Part shown: positions 24,301 through 36,300 of the stretch, piece by piece
Numbering within the stretch: the first letter of the stretch is position 1
How the letters are laid out: the number at the start of each line of letters is the position of its first letter
NCBI RefSeq assembly: GCF_011386835.1
Contig: NC_088807.1
Coordinates: 23,436,001 to 23,500,000 of the forward strand
Reading direction: 5' to 3'
Length of the DNA: 64,000 nt
From: Chrysemys picta bellii
Taxonomy: Eukaryota
Translations under genes and position numbers: made by a program
Notes under the pieces: generated by a model
Database searches by the model: none
Told to the model about the DNA's origin: nothing
What the model saw: the letters and a program-made list of their open reading frames with translations, nothing else

Positions 24301-27300
24301 AGTTCATTCGCGCGATCTTCCGCCTCCAGCTGGGCAATGAGCTGTTCTTTGGTGAGCCTCCCAATGCGCAGCCGCCTCTGCTTGCACAGCTCCACCAGGT
24401 CGCTCTTAAGCCGCTTGGCATACATCTTCCTGCTGGCCACTCACCGGCCTGTGTGCTCACAGCTCCCCACAGTTCCCAGGGGGCCCCCTAGTGTGCCAGC
24501 CCTTCTCGAGGTCACCGCCTCTCCGCCAGGGTCGAGCTGCAGACTCCTCCGCCCCTGGGACCACTCGCTGCGATCCCCCCGGGGGACCCTGTTACTGCAA
24601 AAGTCCTTCTCGCTGGTCACACACTCCCAGGGGTAATAACCGTCTCTCTCCCACTCTTCAGCAGGCCTGGTTCCCGTCCATCCCCCTTCGTTTTACTGCT
24701 CCCCAGTCACTTACTGCAGGAAGCGCCGTCCACGGGGTGCAGTAGATCCCACCGCTGCCACCAGTTGTCACGGAGTATTGGGGAACTCAGGGCCCTGCAC
24801 CCCCGGCTTCCTGCGATTCACCATGACTCTCAGCCAGCCAGTAAAGCAGAAGGTTTATTTGGATGACAGGAATACAGTCCAAGACAGGTCTTGCAGGCAC
24901 AGACAACAGGGCCCCCCTCAGTTAGGTCCAGCTTGGGGTCCCAGGGCATGCCAGCCCACCCCCTTGGGGGGGGGGGGTCAGAGCCATCTCTGCCTCCCAG
25001 CCATCTCTCCAGCCTCCTTCCAGCCTGCTTCCAGCACTCTGCCCTCAGCGACCCCTCCCACAGCCTTTGTTCAGTTTCCCGGGCCCCGGAGTCATCTGAC
25101 CTCCAACCCCCTCCTGGGTTCTCATGTTACAAGCTCAGGTATGTTCCCTTGGGCCGGCTCCCATCCCCCGATGCAGACCATCCTAGTCACACTCCCCTGT
25201 CAGCATTCACACACCCCAGCAAGAACAGTCCCAGTTCGTCACAGGGGCGCTCCCCCCCCACCCGCCTGGGGGTCAACCCCGGGCTCCCGCCGCCTGCGCG
25301 CCGGACCATGCATGGGGAAGTGGTGACCTCTGGTGGTCACGATCAGAATTGCCGTTCTCTGCTTTTCCTTTGATTTTCCCTCAGCCCTTCCTGCCAGAGG
25401 AGAGCGCCCCCTGCTGTCCCTCTCCCTGCAGCCCAGCGTCCCCTGCTGTCCTCCGCCCCCTGCTGTCCCCCGCCCCGCAGCCCAGCGCCCCCTGCTGTCC
25501 CCTACCCCGCTCCCTGCAGCCCAGCGCCCCCTGCTGTCCCTCTTCCTGCAGCCCAGCGTCCCCTGCTGTCCCCTACCCCGCTCCCCGCAGCCCAGCGCCC
25601 CCTGCTGTCCCCCGCCCCGCAGCCCAGCGCCCCCTGCTGTCCCCTACCCCGCTCCCTGCAGCCCAGCGCCCCCTGCTGTCCCTCTCCCTGCAGCCCAGCG
25701 TCCCCTGCTGTCCCCCGCCCCCTGCTGTCCCCTACCCCGCTCCCCGCAGCCCAGCGCCCCCTGCTGTCCCCCGCCCCGCAGCCCAGCGCCCCCTGCTGTC
25801 CCCTTCCCCGCTCCCTGCAGCCCAGCGCCCCCTGCTGTCCCTCTCCCTGCAGCCCAGCGCCCCCTGCTGTCCCCCGCCCCCTGCTGTCCCCTTCCCCGCT
25901 CCCTGCAGCCCAGCGCCCCCTGCTGTCCCTCTCCCTGCAGCCCAGCCCCCCCTGCTGTCCCCCGCCCCGCTCCCCGCAGCCCAGCACCCCCTGCTGAGCC
26001 CCCCGCACCTCCCTGCAGCCCAGCGCCCCCTGCAGCCCAGCACCCCCTACCTCCCAAGACTTCTCTTGTCCTCTGCTGCAGATCCTTGGGCCGGTGCTGG
26101 TGGTCCTGTCCTTCCGGACCGCCAAGGAGGCCGTGGCACTGGGGAACAACCGCCCCTCCGGGCTGGCAGCCAGCGTCTGGACCGAGAACCTGCCCCTGGC
26201 CATGGAGGTGGCGCAAAGGTTAGTTCTGAGCCCACGGTCCGGCTCCCCCCACCCCACCCCGTGAATCCGCTCCCAGAGCCGCAGGGATCCGGTTCAGGTT
26301 TCCACCCCTCTGCCAAGGAAACTTCAGTCCCAGGGCCACAGGTCTCCCCCGGACCTGTCTGTCCACCCCACTTGGTTACGCTCGAATCTCCGGGTTCACA
26401 GCGCCCCAATTTCACTAGCGTCCCTTGAGTTCAACCCTCCCTCGAGCACTCGGCACCGGGAGGTCCTCGCCGTAAAACCAAAGCAAAGTTTATTGGCCGC
26501 GGGAGAAGACGAAGATTCACGGAGAAGCCAGCGTGGCAGAATCCGCTTTGCATTTGGGTATCGTGTAGACGCACGGCACCCGTGTCGGTTTGATTTTTGA
26601 ATTCACTCTTACAGGCAGACTTATGGGGTTTAAGCGGGTTTTGGGGGTTTCTCTTTGGCTGGATTGACACGTTCCCAGTCGCGGGGGGGCGCTGGCCGAC
26701 CGATATTTAACGCCCCGCAGCCGCTGAGATCTAGAGTTACAGTCTGAACCCGTGAGGCAGTCTGCAGCGGAAGTCAGCTCCCCCGCGAGGGTTTTCACAC
26801 GTGGCCTGGCCCTACGCTTCGACTGCTCTCGGTGGAAAATCTTTCCGTGGCTTGGTGCGGGCGGGCGGCGTTTGCAGATGGAAAAACCCCTCCTCCCCCA
26901 CCTGCCTGCGCCTTCCTCCTGGCTCAGGAGAGATTTCGCCCCCAAGGGTCAGTCCGGGCGGCGCCTGGCCAGCCGAGAGAAGAGAGATCCTTGGCTAACC
27001 GGCCGGAGACGTGTTCCCAGGGGCAGATCCGTTAGAGAAAGAGCCGGGCTGGATTTCAGAATTGCCCGTGATGGAGAATCGCCCGCGAGCCTGGGGAAAT
27101 CGTGCCCGGGGTTAATCACGGTCACCGTCAGAAACTGACGTCTTGTTTCCAGTCTGAGGGCGTCGCGCCCCGACGCCCAGCTGCTGGCCCCCGATTCTGC
27201 ACGTTGGTTCGATTTCTGAGCTTCCACTCGGTCCCCCACTTTCCCGGCTTTTTCTCGGTCTCCCAAGACGAGCGGCGAGTTTGGTGCGTTCTGTCAGACC

Positions 27301-30300
27301 CCGCAGCGGGGGTGTGGGGGATCTCGCAGGGGAAACGCGCCCATTTGTCACTGTGGGGCCAGCCTGGGGTCCCTGGGCTCTGACCAACCCCTCCCTTCTC
27401 CCCCTTCCCCACCGATCTCGCTTTCTGTTGCAGCCTGCAGGTCGGCACCGTCTGGATCAACGGGCAGAACCTGTTTGACGCGGCCGCGGGCGTCGGGGGA
27501 ACCAAGGAGAGCGGGAACGGCCGGGATGGAGGCAAGGAGGTGCGTGGGGCCGGGCCGGGGAGGGGGAGATATCAGGCTGGAGGGCCCATGGGGCTCACTT
27601 GTCCCTTCCTTCCTCTCCCAGGGTCTGTACGAGTATGTCAGACCGAGCTGGCAGAGCCGGCCCCGGCCAGGCCCCGCGGAGCTGGACTACAAAACGTTTG
27701 CTGCGTCCTCTGGGGCCGCCCCGCCCCCCGTTCCCGGGCACAGTGGGGTCGCCCGCCCCGAACTGGAGGAAAACATGCCAAGGTACTAACGACTCCTGGT
27801 CTTCCAGACCTGGCGCCCCTCGCCCGGTGCTGGGACGCGGCCCCTCTGGGGTGGGGCGCGGGGGCTCGGTACACGGGGATCCCTCACCCGGCACTGAGAT
27901 GCGGCCCCTCTGGGGTGGAGCGCGGGGGGCTCGTTATACGGGGACCCCTCGCCTGGCGCTGGGATGCGGCCCCTCTGGGGTGGAGCGCGGGGGGCTCGTT
28001 ATATGGGGACCGCTCGCCTGGCGCTGGGATGCGGCCCCTCTGGGGTGGGGTGCGGGGGGCTCGTTATACGGGGACCAATGTTCCCTCTAAATTTTTCCAT
28101 CCACATGCGGACTGAATTTTGTTCTGTGAAGCACCACTAGGGAGGTGACATGCGGCTGTGCGCCATCACCTCCGTACTTTCGGGCACCCCTTATCCCCCC
28201 GCGAGGTCGCAGCTCGTCCCTAGCTGGGTCTCAGGGAAGGTCTGTCTTCAGGTGACGTCTGCAGCACCTATCAGTTCATTCCTCCAGCCTCCTTCCACGA
28301 GGATGAAATGCAGCCACCTCTGGGGAGGGAAATCAGCAGCCAGCTAGCACAGAGAGCCCCGGGCAGTCGTTTGGAAAGAGACGGGGAATTTTGGATAGGA
28401 AGCGTCTTTTCCTCTTATGCAAAATGCTGGAGCTATTTAATGTTCAGACGGGGCTTCAGCTGTCAAAGTCTCCTCTGGAGGTAAAATATAATACGGCCAC
28501 GTTTGAAATCCAAGTAAACGTTTCTAAATCAAGACATTAAGGCTTAAAATAATTGTAAAAAACTCAACTTCCCTCCTCCTGTATTAACAATATGAAGCAC
28601 TTTAAAAGCCCCGTTCGCTATTCGTGTTTTCCGCTGGATTAGCTCGGCCAATGAGTCAGGTTCACCTTTGGATCTCCTGCCCGCACACAATGTCCCAGTG
28701 TCTCGGTTATTGCAGTGAAACTCATAGGTCGCTATGTTTGCACGGCACTTTCCAAACACGTGGGCTCGGGCAGACTTTCACTTGACGTGACATTTTTCTC
28801 ACGCTCCTTTCCGTGAGAAAAACTCTGCAGGGTCAGGCCTGTAGGTAAACCCCGTCTCCTGCTGCCTGTGATGACGTGGGAATGTTCTTAATGTTTTCTC
28901 GGAATACTGGATGGGTGCCTCAGTTTCCCCTATGCAGTTCTTAGGTGGGGGGAGGGTAAGAGGGTGTGATTGTTGCAGAGCCCTAGAGGGAGGTGTGATG
29001 GTGTCTGCACAGAGAAGGGCCGACGCCCTGTCTCCTGGCAACTGATGGCCTGGTCCCCTCCCCTGCAAGGTGCCAACTGAAGGTGTTGGAGAACAAAGAG
29101 ATCAGGTGGCTCCTGGCCCGGGAAAGAGACAAAGGCCAGAGGAGGGGGTGTCAGTTTGGAGCTGGCTGGGGAAATGGAGGGAGGCGCCGACCCGGGATCT
29201 GGGCTCCCCACCCCCCAAGAGGGATCTGACTGAGGGGTCCTGTTCTCTGTACCTACAAGCTCTGTTCTAGACTGTCTTCCTGTCGGCTAAGAAACCTCCA
29301 ATGTTACTGGCTGGCTGAGAGTCCCGGTGAATTGCAGGAAGTGGGGGGTGCAGGGCCCTGACTCCCCCCGCACTCGGTGACACTGCCCATGAAAAACTTT
29401 GCAAACACGGGGAGGGGGAGTTTAAACCCACCAAGGGGGATGGTTGTCGTTGGAAATCAGACACAGACGTTTCTGTTTTGGTCATTTCCATTTAAAACAC
29501 AAACCGAAAAGCCAACGCTCTTTAGCGCTTTGCGTTTGTAAATCTCAAAGGGGTTTACAGCATTGTTCCCCTCTGGGAAATGGGGAAACTGAGGCACCGT
29601 GGGGGTGAGGTGACTTCCCAAGGCCGCACAGAAACTCAGTGGCAGAGCTGGGGAAAGACCCAAAGTCTCTTCATTCCCCAGGCTCTGGGGCTGCGGCGGG
29701 GAGAGAGGACTCCCGTCCCTGCTGCAGCCCCGGGGCTGGGGCCGGGGGAGAGGCATCTCTCCCCCCCCGCATAGCCCTGCATGGCCCAAGTTCCCCCAAA
29801 GCCCCATCACCACCCCCCCACCTCACCCCACTGCTCCCGCCCACCCGACACATCCTCCACACTCACCCGTGTGTGCACCTTAGAGGGAACACAGACGCGG
29901 ACCCCTCGTCCAGCGCCGAGATGCGACCCCTCTGGGGTGGAGCGTGGGGGCTGGGTAGACAGGGATCCCCAGCCCGGCGATGGGACGCGGCCCCTCTGGG
30001 GCGGGGCGTGGGGGCTTTCCAATGAGCGTGAGGGTTCAGGGATCACCTTGCCCCCCCTCCCTCTTGTGTCTCTGCAGGGTGGACAGGACCTACAAGCTCT
30101 ACTACGGAGGGGCTCAGAAGCGACCCGAGGGAATGGCCTCGCTCCCCGTCCTCGACCCTGCCGGCAACGTGCTGGCGTATGTGGCGGACGGCAGCGCCAA
30201 GGACATCCGCAACGCTGTGGAGGCTGCTCACAAGGCCGCGCCGGGGTGAGATGGGGAGCAGCTCGGGACGCTTGGGTTCTCTCCCCGGCTCTGGGAGGGG

Positions 30301-33300
30301 AGTGGGGTCTAGTGGCTAGAGCGGGGGGAGCTGGAAGCCAGGACTCCTGGGTTCTCTCCCTGTCTCTGAGAGGGGAGTGGGGACTAGTGGTTAGAGCTGG
30401 GGGGGCTGGGAGCCAGAACTCCTGGGTTCTCTCCCTGGCTTTGCCCCTGAACTCGCAGTTTACCCTTCATGCCTCAGTTTCCCCGTGTACCGAGCAAGAT
30501 CGCTGCTCGCCGTATGAGGCCTGGCTGCAGTTTGGGGCCCTCTCTGAGTTCGCAGGCCAGGTGGTGCCAGCCTGGAGCAAAGTGTCACCCGCTTTCTGGC
30601 CCACTGCCAGGTGAAGATAAACTCCCCACTCCCCGGCCTCGCCTCTCTTATCTCTCCCTCACCAGCACAGGCGGCCAGAGTCCCTGAGAACCCCGGCTTA
30701 TCAGGGCTGCGACCTGCCCGGAATCTCACGCTGTTGGGGAATGATTTCCTCATCATCGGGGAGCCAGGGGGAGGGCGGGGGCGGGGAGCGCGTCCCATAG
30801 AGCTGAGATCTGATCAAACTGGGGGAGAATAATTTCTGCCTAAATTTTCCAGGGAAAATGACAATTTTGTTGGTTGGGGCGAAAGCTGGAGAAGTTGGGA
30901 TGGTTTTGGCCGCCTCCCAGAAAGGGACCTGTTGGCTGCTTCCGGGGCGCAGCATGGTGCCAGGACAGATAGGGACTAGCCTGCCTTAGCCCTGCGGCAC
31001 CGCTGACCGGGATCCGCCAGGGTCCCTTCTCGACCAGACAGCCGTGGTGCATCATGGGAGTTGTAGTTCTCTAGGGCGGGCGGGCTCCCTTCCTGGACTA
31101 TGTCTCCCCCAGCAGGGAGCCACGCTCCCGAAGACCCCCACCTGCTCTGACCTACGGGGAGTTCCCTTCCTAGCCCTGCTTTGCAGCGGCCCCCCAATGC
31201 ACAGGGCCGTGCCCAGTGCTGCTGAGTGACGGCCCCTGAAATTCGGGGGGGCCTCGGACGGGGGCGTTGGGGATTCGACCTCCGGGCTGGTGGGGAAAAG
31301 CGGGGCCAGGAGCAGGGCTGGCTTTAGCAAGAGCTGGGCCTGATTCCTGGGGGCGGGGCTTGCTGCAAGCCCCGCCCCCAGGAATCAAGCCACGCTTCGG
31401 CCGGGGTTGCCGGGCTTGGGTCCGACCCGGAGCCACGCTGCGGGGGCCGGGCCGGAGCCGCGCCGCGGGGGCCGGGCCGGGGCTGGGCCGGACCCGAGCC
31501 GCGCCGCGGGGGCCGGGCCGGGGCTGGGCCGGACCCGAGCCGCGCCGCGGGGGCCGGGCCGGGGCTGGGCCGGACCCGAGCCGCGCCGCGGGGGCCGGGC
31601 CGGGGCTGGGCCGGACCCGAGCCGCGCCGCGGGGGCCGGGCCGGGGCTGGGCCGGACCCGAGCCGCGCCGCGGGGGCCGGGCCGGGGCTGGGCCGGAGCC
31701 GCGCCGCAGGGACCAGGCCGGAGCCGCGCCGCGGGGACCGGGCCGGAGCCGCGCCGGGCCAGAGCCGCTGGGGCCTGCGTGCTCGGCGGGAACGGGCGGC
31801 GCCTCCCCGGAGCCCTTCTCGCGCCCCCACCACCCCAGCTTACCTGGTGCTGCCGGGCCGCCCCTCTTCTTTTCAGACTTCCCGCGAATCAGGGGAGGGG
31901 GTGGAGCGTTCAGGGGAGGGGAGGACGGGGAAGTGAGCTGGGGGCGGGGTGCAGAGCTGCAGCGCGGGGCCCTCTTGGCGCGGGGCCCAATTCAGCCGAA
32001 TCGGCTGAATCGGCCTAAAGCCGGCCCTGGCCAGGAGGGTGGGGGCCAGGTGTGGCAGCCAGGTGGAGAGAGGAGCCCAGAGGCACTTACATTTTATTGC
32101 TTTATTGCCTGGGGGTTGATTGGCGTAATCTGATCGGGGCTGGGGGGCAGCTCCCGGGCCAGGCCTCGTCCACCAATCAGATTCAGAGGGGCACTGGGCT
32201 GGGGGGGGGGGGGGGGGCTGTTTCCTTGTGGGAGGAGCAAAACACTGTTAGAATGGGAATCAATTCTGCAGTCTACTGGGTTAGCGTGGGGGTGGGGCTG
32301 GGAGCCAGGACTCCTGGGTTCTATCCCGGCTCTGGGTTGGGGAGTGGGGTCTAGTGGTTAGAGCGCAGGGCTGGGAGCCAGAACTCCTGGGTTCTATCCC
32401 GACTCCGTCTCTCTCCCGGCAGGTGGGGGAAGCGGGCGGCCCACGCCCGGGCGCAAGTGCTGTACTACGTGGCGGAGAACCTGGAGCTGCGGCGGGAGGA
32501 GGTGGCGTCCAGGCTGGGGGCGCTGACCGGGGCCCCCCCCAAGGAGGCACAGCGGGAGGTGGATCTGGCCCTAGAGCGCCTCTTCCACTGGGCGGCCTTC
32601 TGCGATAAATCCGGGGGCGCCGTGCAGGTGGGCCCCAGAGCACCCCCTTCGGCCACGGGGCAGGCGGGGAACACAAGGGGGCGGGGGTGGGGCGGGTTTG
32701 GAACTGGGGGTAGGGCGCAGTGGGGGGGCGGGGCTTGGGGAGGTGAGGGCTAGAGGGACGGGAACAGGGGGAGGGGCTGGGAGGGTGTAAGGTTGGGAGT
32801 GGACCCAGGAGGGGGTGGGACATGTGGGGTAGGAATGGGGGTGGGGGCTCTGCCCACAGGCTGAACAGAGCAGCAGGTGCTTGGGGGCGGGGTTTACTTT
32901 GTCGCTAGGGCTGGAAGTGGGGTAGGGGACCCCCCCCGAATCATTCCCCTGGCTCTGCCCCTCCCCCAGGAAACCCCCCTGCACGGCACCACCCTGCAGC
33001 TCCGCCAGCCCCTGGGCGTCGTGGGGGTCGCCTGCCCGGACGAGCGCCCCCTGCTCAGTTTCCTCAGTCTGCTGGCCCCCGCCGTGGCCCGGGGAAACGC
33101 CGTGGTGATGGTCCCCAGCTCACGCTACCCGCTGCCCGCCCTGGACCTCTGCCAGGTACCTGCCCCGGAGTCCGCTAGCCCCGCCCCCCGTGTGCCTCAG
33201 TTTCCCCATGCCAAAAAGGGAGGACATGGCTGTTGAGAGATGGAAAAGTAGCTACTGGGAACATATGAGCCATTGGACCCTGAGACCCTCTGCCTGGGGA

Positions 33301-36300
33301 GTGAACCCAGGAGTCCTGGCTCCCAGTCCCACTGCTCTAACCACTAGCCCCCGCTCCCCTCCCAGAGCCGAGAGCAGTAACCATAGCTCTGTTGGTGCTG
33401 GCTCCTGTCCCGCCCCTTCTGCGCTGCCCCGGCTGGGAGCGACCCCACACACCAATCCGGGCTTACGCTGCTTGAAACAGACCCATCCCCCCCACCTGCG
33501 ATCGGGGTCCCCATGGGGCCGGGCGCTGCACAGACCCCTCCCCTCACCCGATCTCAAGCGAGGGTCCCCAAGGCGTTACCCCGATGCTTGTGCAGAGCCC
33601 TGCAGGGCTACGTTTGGACCCGCGTCCGATCCACAAACATGGTCCGCAGCTGTCCACCGATTTGCCGGGCTCTACGCACCTAGATCAAGACTGAGAAGGC
33701 CACGCTCAGGGCAGACTGCACGAAACAGGGGAGCCACCCCCAAAACCTGGTGGTTTACAACCAGTAATACGGGTTTCTGCAGGCCCCCGCTGGTTCACAA
33801 GAAGCCGAAACACAATCCCCCGTTAGGCATTTCCAGCCCGATTCACCGGCCACACAGCGGGTTTTTATAGTGAGAAGTTACTAAAAACCCAATTCCCCAT
33901 GCACGAGGTTTTACTGATCCCAAAGGATGTGCCACCCCCCGGTCCATGTCACTTCACATCTCACCCAAACATCCCGCCGGCCCAACTAGCGAACGGGTTT
34001 ATTTGGAAGACAACAGAAAAGCGGAGAGTTACTAATGGGGGGGAAAGAACCACGTAGGTTATGAGCGGGTTCACGTCCTTAAAGCAGTGTGTTGCAGTCT
34101 CCGGGCGGGCACACGCGTCTCTCTGGGACGCTCCCAACTGGCTAGAAGCCCAGGGGCGGTGCAGGTGGGGCGGCCGAGCCCTTGGAGACCCCAGGCCCCT
34201 GCCTGTGGCTTGTCCCCGGTCACAAGCCAGAGGTGGCCGGCTCGGGCCGGTGGTTTCTCTTTTCTCGCTGTCCCGGAATTTGAGCCCCGTGTGGGACAGC
34301 CCTGTTCTGTGTCTAGCCGTTCAATTTCCTCGTTACACTCATTGACATAAGGCGGAGGTCCCCAGAGTGTGGGGCGTACCCCCTGGTGGGGGGGACATGA
34401 ACGCACATCCAGTGGGGGACAACAGCGGGGCCCGGGCCAGCCCGCTCACCTGGCCCCGGGGCTGAGTCTGGGGGCAAGCCCTGCTGCAGTTCCGCCCCCT
34501 GGCCACGGCCCCAGACCCCCCCCCCCCAGCCTTGGCCCCCTTACCCCTGCCCCCCCCCTGAGTCGCAGGCCCGGCTCTGGGGGGGCGTGGATATGGGTAA
34601 GGGGGGCCCACCCTCAAAAGTTTGGGGACCGGCATGAGCCAGTCGTTCATTAGAATCGGAATCGTTAAGTGAAGACAATGTCGGTCAAAGGAGTCTCACA
34701 TCTTTGATCTTATGGCTGACGACAGTCACCTGCGTAATCTAGAGGCCATTAAGACATGAAAGGGACTTCGCACCTCCCGGCTCCTTTGATGGCTTTGGTA
34801 ACCGGCTCCCAGGAGCTCGGTAACCACAGACACACACGCTCGGCATCGACGCTTCGATTCCTCTCGACACGAGGAAACGGGGTCGAAATTGTTCGGCGAC
34901 TGCAGCGCATAGGTGGGGCCCTACCAAATTCCCGGCTCCTTTGGGTCCGTTTCACGGTCGTCGGATTTTTCGCAGCGTCTGTTTCACGGTTTCAGATCTT
35001 TCCATCTGAAATCTCGCGGTGTTGTCACCGGACGCGGGCGAGGGGGACACCCAAAAGAAGGTGGGGTGTCCGCAAGGCTATTTTGGGGGGAGTCACGGGA
35101 TTGCCGCCCTTACTTCTGCCCTCAGAGATGGGCGTCTGGAGCCCAGAGCACATTAGGAGCACCCGCTCCTCTCTGGCCACCCAGCTCTGTGAAATCTGGT
35201 CTCCCCTACACCAGCCAGATGTCCCGGGGGGGTGAGATTTCACGATCCATGATGTCGGTAGGGCCCAAACATAGTCACCCTGCATGGAGCAGCTTTAACG
35301 CTTTCACACCCACTGGGCAGCACTGCAAAACGATGGGGAAACTGAGGCACGCACAGGGGACTCCTGCGAATACAGCAGAAGAGTCCTGCGCACAAAGTGC
35401 AGCTCCCGGCCTGCGTGACCTCAGGGGGCGGTGCAAGTGGAGCGTTTCCGTTCACTTCCTCGTTAAGGAGCCCGTTAATTGCCTTCCCGAGTCACTTGTT
35501 TCTGCTGCTAAGAGCTGGGAACAATTAATGCCGGCCCATGTGGACCCCGCTGGCCTGGCCCCAGGCACAGGCCATGTGTTCCCTTCGGTGGCTGCATCCG
35601 ACCACGCGAATGTTTCTCGCTTCGGCCCATGGCGTCCGCCAGGGATTTGTCTGTGCGACCCTCCCCATCAGTTCTCTGGTTCTCTGTCCTGGCCTACGCA
35701 ACCAGCTCCCCGAGACAGGAGAGAACCCAGGAGTCCTGGCTCCCAACTGCCCCCCCGCCCCCAGCTCTAAGCACTAGACCCCACTCCCCTCCCTGCACTG
35801 GGATAGAACCCAGGAGTCCTGGCTCCCCACCCCCGCTGGTTCCGGCAGCTAATAGGGCCCATCTGCTTCCTCCCCCACTCAGATCTTCGACACCTCGGAC
35901 GTCCCCGGGGGGGTGGTGAATATTGTGACGGGGAATCGGGACCATCTGAGCCGGACGCTGGCCCAGCACCAGGATGTTCACGCCATGTGGTACTTCGGGT
36001 CTCCGCAGGTGAGAGCGATTCTGCCCCCACCGCCTGTCCCCTGTCACGGAGTCCCCGGGCGATGCTCTGGAACTGCTCCCCCCAAAGCCAGTCAGGACTT
36101 TGGGGAGCCTCCTCTCCCTCAGAGCAGACTGTTTTCAGGGCAAGAAGCTCACACGGCTTCACCTCCTGGGTCTCTCCCGGAGCATTCAGCATATGCCCCT
36201 CCGTGCGCTTCCCACAGCGAGTCCGCCCCAGCGGGGTCCTGGGGAAGCCAGAGAGTCCTGCACCCCCACTTCGCAGGCAGACGTGACTCTCAGCCAGCCA

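Noticed and set aside
24746-24763. tRNA-Leu match
   Set aside because: Only the 18-nt 3' end including CCA next to an LTR: a primer-binding site, not a tRNA gene.
25333-26428. Long Pro/Cys/Ala-repeat ORFs resembling keratin-associated or cornification proteins
   Set aside because: Translation of an intronic minisatellite; no promoter or splice support, inside ALDH16A1 intron 9.
31048-31067. ZNF143/Ronin-like ACTACAACTCCCATGATGCA motif
   Set aside because: Intronic, without promoter context, and appears to lie in repeat-derived sequence.
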